64,000 nt of DNA from Acidimicrobiales bacterium (GTDB taxonomy: Bacteria > Actinomycetota > Acidimicrobiia > Acidimicrobiales > Bin134), in contig OZ220703.1 in assembly GCA_965116535.1 (NCBI GenBank), forward strand, positions 2,385,464 through 2,449,463, read 5' to 3'. Every line of letters begins with the position of its first letter. Positions within the stretch are counted from its first letter, which is position 1. A model generated the notes under the pieces. The model was not told where the DNA came from and made no database searches. It worked only from the letters and a program-made list of their open reading frames with translations. This document shows positions 48,801 through 56,797 of the stretch, one piece after another. The translations under genes and the position numbers were made by a program.

Positions 48801-49811
48801 ATGAGCGGTGAGCGAAACCGGCGGTGGATATTGCGGGCTCGCCCGCAGGGCGACATCACCGCTGACGACCTGGAGTTGACCGAGCTGGCTGTGCCCGAGC
48901 CGGGTGAGGGCGAGCTGCTGGTGCGGAACACCTTTCTGTCGATGGACCCCACCCACCGGATCTGGATGAGCGACATCGACGCCTACATGCCCCCCATCGA
49001 GGTGGGTGACCCCATGCGGGGTCGGGCGTGGGGCACGGTGATCGAGTCTCGTCATCCGGAGTTCCAGCTCGGCGATGTGGTCACCGGCGGGCATATCTGG
49101 GAGGAGTACACAGTGCTGGACCGGGCCGAGCGCATCCCCATGGAACTGGGGCTGCCGCTGGTGGCGTTCACCAGCGTTCTCGGCCCCACCGGCATGACCG
49201 CCTACTGGAGCTTGCTCGACATCGGCGAGCCCCGCCCGGGCGACACCCTGGTGGTGTCGGCGGCGGCCGGGGCCACCGGCTCGGTGGCGGGCCAGATCGG
49301 CAAGATCGTGGGCTGCCGGGTGGTGGGAGTGGCCGGTGGGCCGGAGAAGTGCCGGTTTGTGACCGAGGAATTGGGCTTCGACGCCTGCGTGGACCATCGG
49401 GCCGGCAATCTGGACGAGCAGTTCCGGGCGGCGTGTCCCGACGGCATCGACGTGGACTTCGAGAACGTGGGCGGCGAGGTGATGGATGCCGTTCTGGGCC
49501 AGGTGAACAACCACGCCCGGGTGGTGTTGTGCGGGCTGATCTCCACCTACAACGCGGAGGGCGACTGGTGGTCGCCTCGTTTGTTCCGCAATATCTTGTT
49601 CCGGCGCTTGAAGGTGCAGGGCGTGATCATCACCGACTACTTCCACCGCTTCGGCGAGGCGCTCCCCATCCTGGCCCAGTGGGTACGCGACGGTCGCATC
49701 CGCTACCGGGTGGACGTGGTGGACGGTATCGAGAATGTCCCCCAGGCGTTGGCTCGGCTCTTCGAGGGCCGAAACATCGGCAAGCAGCTTGTGAAAGTCT
49801 CAGCCGACTAG
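48801..49811 (+). CDS. NADP-dependent medium-chain oxidoreductase (YncB / alkenal reductase-like)
   Basis: ATG at 48801 with LLVRNTFLSMDPTHRIWM and the Rossmann motif VSAAAGATGSVAGQIGK. Confidence 0.8.
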   Translation: MSGERNRRWILRARPQGDITADDLELTELAVPEPGEGELLVRNTFLSMDPTHRIWMSDIDAYMPPIEVGDPMRGRAWGTVIESRHPEFQLGDVVTGGHIWEEYTVLDRAERIPMELGLPLVAFTSVLGPTGMTAYWSLLDIGEPRPGDTLVVSAAAGATGSVAGQIGKIVGCRVVGVAGGPEKCRFVTEELGFDACVDHRAGNLDEQFRAACPDGIDVDFENVGGEVMDAVLGQVNNHARVVLCGLISTYNAEGDWWSPRLFRNILFRRLKVQGVIITDYFHRFGEALPILAQWVRDGRIRYRVDVVDGIENVPQALARLFEGRNIGKQLVKVSAD

Positions 49812-49812
49812 C

Positions 49813-50286
49813 GTGCCAGCCATGACTCCTGAGGACTTGGTTGAGATTGAGGCCATTCGCCAGCTCAAGGCCCGGTATTTCCGGTTGATGGACCAAAAGC
49901 GCTGGGACGAGTGGGAAGACGTATTCTGCGACGACGTGGTGATCTCCACTCCCGACGACACCGGGGAAGACTCCGACATCACCGGCAACAAGGCCTTCCG
50001 GGTGTACTTGGAGCCCATCTTGGCCCCGATCATCACCACCCACCACGGCCACATGAGCGAGATCAGCATCGACGGGCCCGACACCGCGTCGGGGGTGTGG
50101 TCGATGGAGGATCATCTCGACTGGCCGCCGGAGAGCGGTGTGGGGCAGATGTGGGGTACTGGGTGGTACGAGGAGACTTATCGCAAGGGTGATGATGGGC
50201 AGTGGCGGATTGCCACGTTGCGGTTGCGGAGGCAGCGGATTCAGGTAGAGGGGAATCGGGTTTTTCCGGTCGAGCGGCCCGGGTAG
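49813..50286 (+). CDS. SnoaL-like / NTF2-fold protein
   Basis: 157 aa with EIEAIRQLKARYFRLMDQKRWDEWEDVF, typical of SnoaL_4. Confidence 0.65.
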   Translation: MPAMTPEDLVEIEAIRQLKARYFRLMDQKRWDEWEDVFCDDVVISTPDDTGEDSDITGNKAFRVYLEPILAPIITTHHGHMSEISIDGPDTASGVWSMEDHLDWPPESGVGQMWGTGWYEETYRKGDDGQWRIATLRLRRQRIQVEGNRVFPVERPG

Positions 50287-50291
50287 TTGGT

Positions 50292-50410
50292 TCCACCGGC
50301 GGGGTGGCGGGTCTGTCTGTACCATCCACCGGGGTCGGCGGGTCCTGTCACCGGAAGCGGCCTAGCCGTCGGTGCGGCCAGGTCCGCCACCGGTGCCACC
50401 CCCCGACCCC
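50292..50410. repeat. REP-like element, diverged copy
   Basis: It contains ccaccggcggggtggcgggtctgtc, ccatccaccggggtcggcgggtcctgtc and a terminal gccaccccccgacccc around a GC-rich hairpin (caccgg...ccggtg). Confidence 0.6.
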
Positions 50411-51060
50411 TACGGTTGGGGGACCACCACCAGGACTACCCCCTCGTACACAGAGAGTTGAGGAGAGGGGTTGGTGGCGCGGTTGCTGATGCCGCGCGAG
50501 GTAAGGGGATCGAGGAGTTCGTTGTTGAGCGGCCAGGCGAGGCCGGTGGTGGTTACTCGGGCGGGGCCGCCCAGGGCGAATAGGGAGACGGTGGCGCCGG
50601 GTTCTACGGTCAGTTTTCGATTGTGGTGAACCACTACTGCTTGGGCGTTGCCCAGCCAGGCTTCGATTTCTATGCCGGACCATTGGGGGGAGGCGAGGAT
50701 GGCTAGGTTGCCAAATAGGTGGTCTAGGCGGCCGCCGGCGGCGCCGATGACGATGACCCGGTCGGCTAGGCGGGCGGCTAGCTCAAGGGCGAGTTCCAGG
50801 TCGGTCTGGTCTTTGTCGGCGGGGTGGCGCTCGATGCGGGTGCCGGACTGCTCGGCGGCGGCCAGGGCTTCGGGAGTCACCGAGTCCATGTCGCCTACTG
50901 CTACGGCCACGGCCAGTCCGGCGGCATGGGCATGATCTAGTCCGGCGTCGGCGGCTACTACTACTGGGTCGGCGGGGAGGCGGGCGATCTCTTCGGGGGT
51001 GGGGGGGTCGCCGCCGGCTACGACGACCACGGTGACCGCTGCCGACTCGGACTCGGGCAT
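50410..51060 (-). CDS. thiamine pyrophosphokinase
   Basis: This is the C-terminal 216 aa of the 496-aa track ORF. It carries GDMDS and ADKDQTDLELAL motifs. The ATG at 51060 forms an ATGA overlap with the upstream stop. Confidence 0.7.
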   Translation of the reverse strand: MPESESAAVTVVVVAGGDPPTPEEIARLPADPVVVAADAGLDHAHAAGLAVAVAVGDMDSVTPEALAAAEQSGTRIERHPADKDQTDLELALELAARLADRVIVIGAAGGRLDHLFGNLAILASPQWSGIEIEAWLGNAQAVVVHHNRKLTVEPGATVSLFALGGPARVTTTGLAWPLNNELLDPLTSRGISNRATNPSPQLSVYEGVVLVVVPQP

Positions 51061-52106
51061 CAGAACGGGCGGGTGATGGCTCGGGTGGGGCCGAAGTTGT
51101 GGAGGCCGCCGGCGTGGAGGTTGCCCAGGCCTCCGGCGCACATCACGATCACGTCGGAGGGGTGCTCCACGATGTAGGCGGTGCCGTCGGGGCTGATCCG
51201 GTCGCGCTCGCCCAGCCAATTCTTGTGAGTCTCGGGGAACTGGTCGACTTGGTGGCAGGCGTTTTGCCACAGGGCATCTTGCACGTCTTCGATGGTGGGG
51301 TAGGCGGCAGCCAGCATGTCGGCCCAGGGCGGGGGCACCACCACCATGACCTCGGCGCCCCAATGGGAGATGTAGGCGTTGGTGCCCACATAGGCCAGCG
51401 ACTGGCCGATGACCCAGGCCAGCGATTGGCCGTCGTCGGCGGCGATGTCGGCGATGTCCATGGTGCCGATGGTGCCGTAGACGGTGACCGCATCGCCGCT
51501 CACCCCCCGGCGCTCGGCCAGCGGCGGCCACGGGGAACGCTCCTCCCACTCCCCCATCACCAGGCCCACCACCCGGGCCGGTTGGCCCAACACGCACTTG
51601 GAGGTCTCCCCGGCCACCTGGCCGCCCACGTTGCGCATGACCAGCCGGATGGCCCGACCGATAGCCGGTCCACCCCCGGCTGCACCGCCGAAGCAGCCGG
51701 CCTGGTAGGGCAGATCCAGCCGGTCTCGGGCCGGACCGTTCACAAACAGGCAGGGCACCACCGAGCTGGTGGTGGTGTTGAGGGCAAACAGGTCGAACGG
51801 TCGCTCGGCCATGGCCTCCAGTGCGCCCATCATCAGCGGCATGGCCTCGGGGGCGGCCCCGGCCATGCAGGCGTTGACGGCCAGCTTCTCCACCGTGCAC
51901 CAGGCGTTGGCCGGCGGAACCTCCAACAGCACTGAGTCGGCGGGGCGGTCAGCGGCAGCAATGAATCGGGCCACCCGCTCGGGGGTGGGCGGGATCAAGG
52001 GCAGGCCGTCACCCCAGCCCCTATCGGTGGCCCAGGCCATGAACTCGGCCGGGTCGTCGGGGGCCTCGACCTGCCCATCGGGAATGGTGCCGCCGTCAGA
52101 GGCCAT
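51060..52106 (-). CDS. uncharacterised conserved protein (348 aa)
   Basis: Clean ORF with no family I can name (WGDGLPLIPPTPERV..., NTTTSSVVPCLFVNGP). It is coupled to both flanking genes through TAG|ATG and ATGA junctions. Confidence 0.6.
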   Translation of the reverse strand: MASDGGTIPDGQVEAPDDPAEFMAWATDRGWGDGLPLIPPTPERVARFIAAADRPADSVLLEVPPANAWCTVEKLAVNACMAGAAPEAMPLMMGALEAMAERPFDLFALNTTTSSVVPCLFVNGPARDRLDLPYQAGCFGGAAGGGPAIGRAIRLVMRNVGGQVAGETSKCVLGQPARVVGLVMGEWEERSPWPPLAERRGVSGDAVTVYGTIGTMDIADIAADDGQSLAWVIGQSLAYVGTNAYISHWGAEVMVVVPPPWADMLAAAYPTIEDVQDALWQNACHQVDQFPETHKNWLGERDRISPDGTAYIVEHPSDVIVMCAGGLGNLHAGGLHNFGPTRAITRPF

Positions 52107-52640
52107 CTACGAGGGCACTCCCAGTGAATCCAACAGCGGCTGCCAGAAGTCGTGAGCGATCTTGCGCACTTCCGGTTCGGGACGGGTGTCCAGCGGATAG
52201 GGCAGCACGCACAGCCGCAGGCCGGGCCGCTCCATGTTGCGGGCCATGATCTCGGCCAACGGCACGAACTCCTCGGTTACGACGGCGACCGCCGTCTTGC
52301 CCTGGGCCGCCACTGCAACTGCGTCGTGGACGGTCCAGGACGTGCAGCTGCCTCAATTGCCCAAGCCGACGATGGCGATATCCACGTCGGTGGCGAAGCT
52401 GTCCAGCTCCTCCAGCACCGCGTCCTCAAGCTTGACGTCTTGGCGGGACTCCGAGCACCACGGCACCACCTCGGCCCCGGCCGCCTCCAGCTTGCGGGTC
52501 CACTCATCGGTGGTCCACAAGAATGAGCGCCAGGTGAGGTCGTAGCGGATGCCCACCCGCTTGCCGGTCAGCGGACCGGCATCGGGACCCTGATCCGGGT
52601 CCACCGCCGGCGGAGCAGCCGTCGGATCCAATACCAACAT
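52107..52640 (-). CDS. UGSC-motif selenoprotein (in-frame UGA at 52355-52353 read as Sec)
   Basis: Track ORFs 52353..52640 and 52107..52313 are in the same frame, separated by one TGA. The joined 177-codon product reads ...DIAIVGLGN-U-GSCTSWTVHDAVAVAAQGKTAVAVV.... Confidence 0.7.
52319..52347 (-). promoter_or_regulatory. candidate bacterial SECIS stem-loop
   Basis: The RNA CUGCACGUCCUGGACCGUCCACGACGCAG starts after a 5-nt spacer following the UGA. It forms roughly 11 bp (CUG/CAG, CGUC/GACG, UGGA/UCCA) with a small apical loop. This was folded by hand only. Confidence 0.4.
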
Positions 52641-52687
52641 GGGTGCAGACTACCGGCCGGTGCCGCTAGTGGCGGTTTGAGAAAGGA

Positions 52688-53497
52688 CTAGTGGCCGGTG
52701 AAATCGGGGGGGCGGCCCTCTTGGCGGGACGCGGCCCACTCCCGGAAGTCAGCCGAGCGGGACGACAGCTCCATGGCAAACGCCTCTTCGCTCAAGTGGG
52801 CTTCCAGGCTGCGTTCTCGGCCCCGCTGGACAAGAGTCTTGGTCAGCCCGACGGCCACGGTGGCCGATGAGGCCAACCGACCGACCAAAGCGGCTACCTC
52901 GGCATCAACGCGGTTTGGGGGCACAGTCCGATAGATGAGACCCCATTCGGCTGCCTCTGCTCCGGAAATCTCTTCCCCCAGCATCAACATGCCCTTGGCT
53001 CGGGCCACACCAGCCAGCCGAGGCAGAAGCCAGGATGTTCCGCTGTCGGGGGTGATACCCATGGCGGTGAACGGCGCTCGCAGGCGGGCGTCGTCAGCGG
53101 CTACTGCGAAGTCCGAGGCCAGCACCAGGCTGAGGCCCAGGCCCACCGCCCATCCCCGCACCGCGCACACGATGGGCACCTGCACCTCCAGCATCACCGG
53201 GATGAGCCGGTTCACCAGATAGGGCATGCGCCGGGAGATGCTGCCCGGCCGGGGCCGGTTTCCGTCGCCAGCTCGACCGGCCAAGTCGAAGCCGCTGCAA
53301 AAGTTGTCGCCGTTGGCGTTGAGCAAGACCGCCCTGATCTCCTCGTCGGCGCTGGCCGCTTCCAGAGTGTCGATCAGGGCCAACACGATGTCGTCGGTCA
53401 GGGCATTGCGGCGCTGGGGTCGGTCAAGGGTGAGGGTCAAAACCGGCGGCGCCGAGACCACTTGCAGCCCTTCGGGCGGCGTCGGATAGGGCTTCAT
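52688..53497 (-). CDS. enoyl-CoA hydratase/isomerase (crotonase) family protein
   Basis: 269 aa with LTLDRPQRRNAL...FCSGFDL.... Confidence 0.85.
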   Translation of the reverse strand: MKPYPTPPEGLQVVSAPPVLTLTLDRPQRRNALTDDIVLALIDTLEAASADEEIRAVLLNANGDNFCSGFDLAGRAGDGNRPRPGSISRRMPYLVNRLIPVMLEVQVPIVCAVRGWAVGLGLSLVLASDFAVAADDARLRAPFTAMGITPDSGTSWLLPRLAGVARAKGMLMLGEEISGAEAAEWGLIYRTVPPNRVDAEVAALVGRLASSATVAVGLTKTLVQRGRERSLEAHLSEEAFAMELSSRSADFREWAASRQEGRPPDFTGH

Positions 53498-53519
53498 GCC
53501 CGGCCCAGGCTAGCCAGTA

Positions 53520-54308
53520 TCAGCTAGGTACAAGATCGGCGGCCCCGAATATAACCGAGAACCTCACGCACCAGATCACCACCGTGGAGTAGAGGTCGAG
53601 GTCGAGATCGCGGGGGATCTCGTAGTTCTGCGACCCGACGTTCCCCTTCAGATCGCCAAGGTCGACATACACGTCGGTGAACTGGCCAACGGGGGCGTCG
53701 GGGGGCGCCGCGCTCAGATAGACGTTCAAGTCGGGGCCGTTGTCAGTCCTGAAGTCCTCGAACCTCAGGAATCGCTGGCCAGTGCCGTCGCCGAGCACCT
53801 CAACCGTTCCGCGGGTGGGGTGGCTTCGGCTGATGAACTCGCCGGTTGCCTCCACCCTTACTTCGGGCATCGGAGGCATCGTCTCCTCGACCGGTTGCTC
53901 CTCGGGCATGCCCAGTTCTTCCATCGCCTCGTCCATCTTGGCGATGAGCTCCTCCGACAACTCGTCGCCCGGCATGGGGCCTGTGGCCAGCGCGGGGGCG
54001 GCAGTACCGGAGTCGGGTGCCGAAGCTGCCGCCTCCGCTTCCGGGGTACCGGGGTCGCCCTCGGCGGATTCGGGGTCGACTGGTTCGTCAGCCGGGGTGC
54101 CAGCCACCGCGCCGCTGTCGAACACCGGGCCAGCCTCTTCAACCTTGTCGTCTATGAAGTAGGTCTGGAAGGCGAACCAGAAGAACACCAACCAGATCAA
54201 CACACCCAGTAGGGCGGCCAACACCACGGCGAGGAGCACCTTGGCTCGGATCGACAGTGCCTTCAACCAACCCCACAAGCGGGATATCAACCGTTTCATA
54301 CCCCTCAA
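53520..54308 (-). CDS. membrane-anchored DM13 domain protein
   Basis: 262 aa with an N-terminal TM, an acidic/proline linker and a C-terminal GEFISRSHPTRGTVEVLGDG...FRTDNGPDLNVYLS (DM13 pattern). Confidence 0.6.
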   Translation of the reverse strand: MRGMKRLISRLWGWLKALSIRAKVLLAVVLAALLGVLIWLVFFWFAFQTYFIDDKVEEAGPVFDSGAVAGTPADEPVDPESAEGDPGTPEAEAAASAPDSGTAAPALATGPMPGDELSEELIAKMDEAMEELGMPEEQPVEETMPPMPEVRVEATGEFISRSHPTRGTVEVLGDGTGQRFLRFEDFRTDNGPDLNVYLSAAPPDAPVGQFTDVYVDLGDLKGNVGSQNYEIPRDLDLDLYSTVVIWCVRFSVIFGAADLVPS

Positions 54309-54392
54309 TGTACGGGGAGAAATCCCAAATCACAGGTGATGGCCCTCTCCAACGACCGGGCATTTCTGTGACTGCCGCGACAGACTGGCGAG

Positions 54393-55202
54393 ATGGGCTA
54401 CGAGACGCTGATCGTGGAGCGCGAGGGACGGGTTGGATGGCTGATCAACAACCGTCCCGACCAGCTCAACGCCATGAACTCCCAGATGCGGGAGGAGTTC
54501 GCCGACGCCTGGCTGGAGCTGGACCGAGACCCCGAGGTGCGGGTCATCGTCCACACCGGAGAGGGTCGGGCCTTCCAGACCGGGGTGGATGTGGTGGAGC
54601 TGGCCACCGACGGTCAGGGCATGGAGCGCTACCGGGAGTCGGTGGAGAACTTCGACCTGCACTTCACCTCGTGGCACCAGAAGGTGCGCAAGCCGGTGAT
54701 CACCGCGGTCAACGGCATCTGCTGCGGGGGCGGGTTCCACTGGGTGGCCGACGCCGACATCGTGATCGCCGCCTCCGACGTCCAGTTCTTCGACCCCCAC
54801 GTTTCGGTAGGGCAGGTCGTGGCGCTGGAGGCCATCGCGCTGTTGAAGAAGATGCCCGCCGAGACGGTGATGCGCATGGCGTTGATGGGCGCCCACGAGC
54901 GGATGGGCGCCCAACGGGCCTACGAGCTGGGCATGATCAGCGAGATCGTCGATCCGCCCGAGCGCCTGCGGGAGCGAGCCAGTGAGATCGCCGAAGCCAT
55001 CGCCCGCAACTCCCCTTCAGCCATGGCCGCCACCAAAAAGGCCCTGTGGGACGCCATGGAGCACGGCCTCACCGAGGCCAGCAAGACCGGCGCCTTCCAC
55101 ATGACCGGCATATGGGGCCACCCCGACCAAGTGGAGGGCCCCGCCGCCTTCGCCGAAAAGCGCGAGCCCCAATGGGCACCCCTAGACCCTGATCAAGCTT
55201 GA
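54393..55202 (+). CDS. enoyl-CoA hydratase/isomerase family protein
   Basis: 269 aa with LINNRPDQLNAM...AFQTGVDV...NGICCGGG. Confidence 0.85.
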   Translation: MGYETLIVEREGRVGWLINNRPDQLNAMNSQMREEFADAWLELDRDPEVRVIVHTGEGRAFQTGVDVVELATDGQGMERYRESVENFDLHFTSWHQKVRKPVITAVNGICCGGGFHWVADADIVIAASDVQFFDPHVSVGQVVALEAIALLKKMPAETVMRMALMGAHERMGAQRAYELGMISEIVDPPERLRERASEIAEAIARNSPSAMAATKKALWDAMEHGLTEASKTGAFHMTGIWGHPDQVEGPAAFAEKREPQWAPLDPDQA

Positions 55203-55220
55203 GGAGCGCCTATCCGGAAA

Positions 55221-55574
55221 TCAGTAGCGCTCGAAGCGGGCGTTGAGCTTTGACATGTCGTCGTGGTCAGTGGTGAGGATGAATGTGCCCAAACCCTCTG
55301 CGACCACAGTGAGGTGGGCGTCAACCACGTCAGAAGTGCGGGATTCGCCGAGTCTGAGTCCCACGCTCACTGACTCGTCGAGGGAGTGGATCTCGAAGTA
55401 GCGCAGGGCGCGAGACAAGTTTGCCTGTCTTGCCGGCTCACGCCAGACCTGGGCTAGCACGGGATGGGTTGTGTGCAGGTCATCGCCGCGCTCGGCAGCC
55501 CGCTTGATCAGAGCCCACAATCGGGAGTTGAGATTCTCGCTGTCGAGGATCAGCGGGCCAGCATCAACGATCAA
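55221..55574 (-). CDS. vapC: PIN-domain toxin VapC
   Basis: The TTG start at 55574 overlaps the antitoxin TGA (TTGA). The product reads (M)IVDAGPLI...DAHLTVVAEGLG..ILTTDHDDM. Confidence 0.65.
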   Translation of the reverse strand: MIVDAGPLILDSENLNSRLWALIKRAAERGDDLHTTHPVLAQVWREPARQANLSRALRYFEIHSLDESVSVGLRLGESRTSDVVDAHLTVVAEGLGTFILTTDHDDMSKLNARFERY

Positions 55575-55816
55575 CGATTCACGCCCTGGCGGTCGAGTAC
55601 GGCATCGGCCCACTGGAGATGCTCAGGGCTGATGGGGCCCTCCTCCGCCTCCCACGAAGCGATCAAATCGAGCATTGCGTGGCTGCGGCGGCGGCGCTTT
55701 ACTTCAGCGAGCAAAGACCGCTTGATGGCCAACGTCTTGGTGCCGTCCATGGCCACCAGTTCGGCAAGAGCCGCCTCCATCTCATCATCGAAGTTGATAG
55801 TTGTCTTGAGAGCCAT
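55571..55816 (-). CDS. vapB: VapB-type antitoxin
   Basis: 81 aa starting MALKTTINFDDEMEAAL, as in VapB-family antitoxins. Confidence 0.65.
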   Translation of the reverse strand: MALKTTINFDDEMEAALAELVAMDGTKTLAIKRSLLAEVKRRRRSHAMLDLIASWEAEEGPISPEHLQWADAVLDRQGVNR

Positions 55817-55973
55817 ATAGATACAGTATTTTACCCTTATAAGTATGGCAACTAGGTTTGTGGGCGAATCGTCGTCCGCTACTCCAATCAGGCCACTCAG
55901 CGGGCTAGGTCAGCTTCCACCAAGAAATGAATACGTGGAAGGCACCAAAGGAGCCTGCTAAGGATAAGTACCC

Positions 55974-56771
55974 ATGGGAACGATTGTCATCACCGGATCA
56001 GCAGGCGGAATCGGCCAGGCCACCAGGGAGCGGCTCGCCCTCGACGGCCATGAGGTGATCGGAGTGGACATACGCGACGCCGAGGTCATCGCCGACCTGT
56101 CCACTCCTGAAGGACGCACCGAAATGGTTGGCGCAGTGGCCGCCGCCAGTGGTGGGCGGATCGACGGCCTCGTGGCCGGCGCGGGGATCACCGGCCCTGA
56201 TCCCGAGCAGGTGGTGTCAATCAACTACTTCGGGGCCGTGGCCACCGTGGAGGGTCTGCGCCCCTTGCTGGCCCAGGGCACCGACGCCTCGGCCGTGGCC
56301 ATCAGCTCCAACTCCAGCACCACGCTGGTGTCCCTGCCCGATGGGCTAGTGGAGGCCTGTCTGGACTACAACGAGGCCCAAGCCCGAGAGCTGGCCGGCT
56401 CCGATCCCGGCACCGCCTATGCCACCAGCAAGCTGGCCCTGGCCCGCTGGATCCGCCGCACCGCCATCGGCGCCGACTGGATCGGCTCGGGCATCCGGCT
56501 GAATGCGGTGGCCCCCGGGCTCATCGACACCCCGTTGGTTGCCGACAACCTCGACATGATCATGAACCTGGGCGACGTCTACCCCATCCCGATTGGACGA
56601 CCCGGGCGCGCTGCCGAGGTGGCCAACCTTTTGGCCTTCCTGCTGTCGCCCGACGCCAGCTTGTTCTGCGGCTCGGTGGTGTTCATGGACGGCGGCAGCG
56701 ACGCCGCCCTCAACGCCGACGCCTGGCCTGCCACCAACACCACCGCCGAACGCTGGCCGATCGGGGACTGA
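55974..56771 (+). CDS. SDR family oxidoreductase
   Basis: 265 aa with ITGSAGGIG and YATSKLAL (the YxxxK motif). Confidence 0.85.
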   Translation: MGTIVITGSAGGIGQATRERLALDGHEVIGVDIRDAEVIADLSTPEGRTEMVGAVAAASGGRIDGLVAGAGITGPDPEQVVSINYFGAVATVEGLRPLLAQGTDASAVAISSNSSTTLVSLPDGLVEACLDYNEAQARELAGSDPGTAYATSKLALARWIRRTAIGADWIGSGIRLNAVAPGLIDTPLVADNLDMIMNLGDVYPIPIGRPGRAAEVANLLAFLLSPDASLFCGSVVFMDGGSDAALNADAWPATNTTAERWPIGD

Positions 56772-56797
56772 CCGCCCTTAGTCGGAGCTTTGGCGTA

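Noticed and set aside
50410-51900. 496-aa ORF as a single gene
   Set aside because: Its N-terminal ~280 aa are an R/G/P-rich out-of-frame overlap of the 51060..52106 gene. Only the C-terminal 216 aa, from the ATG at 51060 (ATGA-coupled), look like a real protein, a thiamine pyrophosphokinase.
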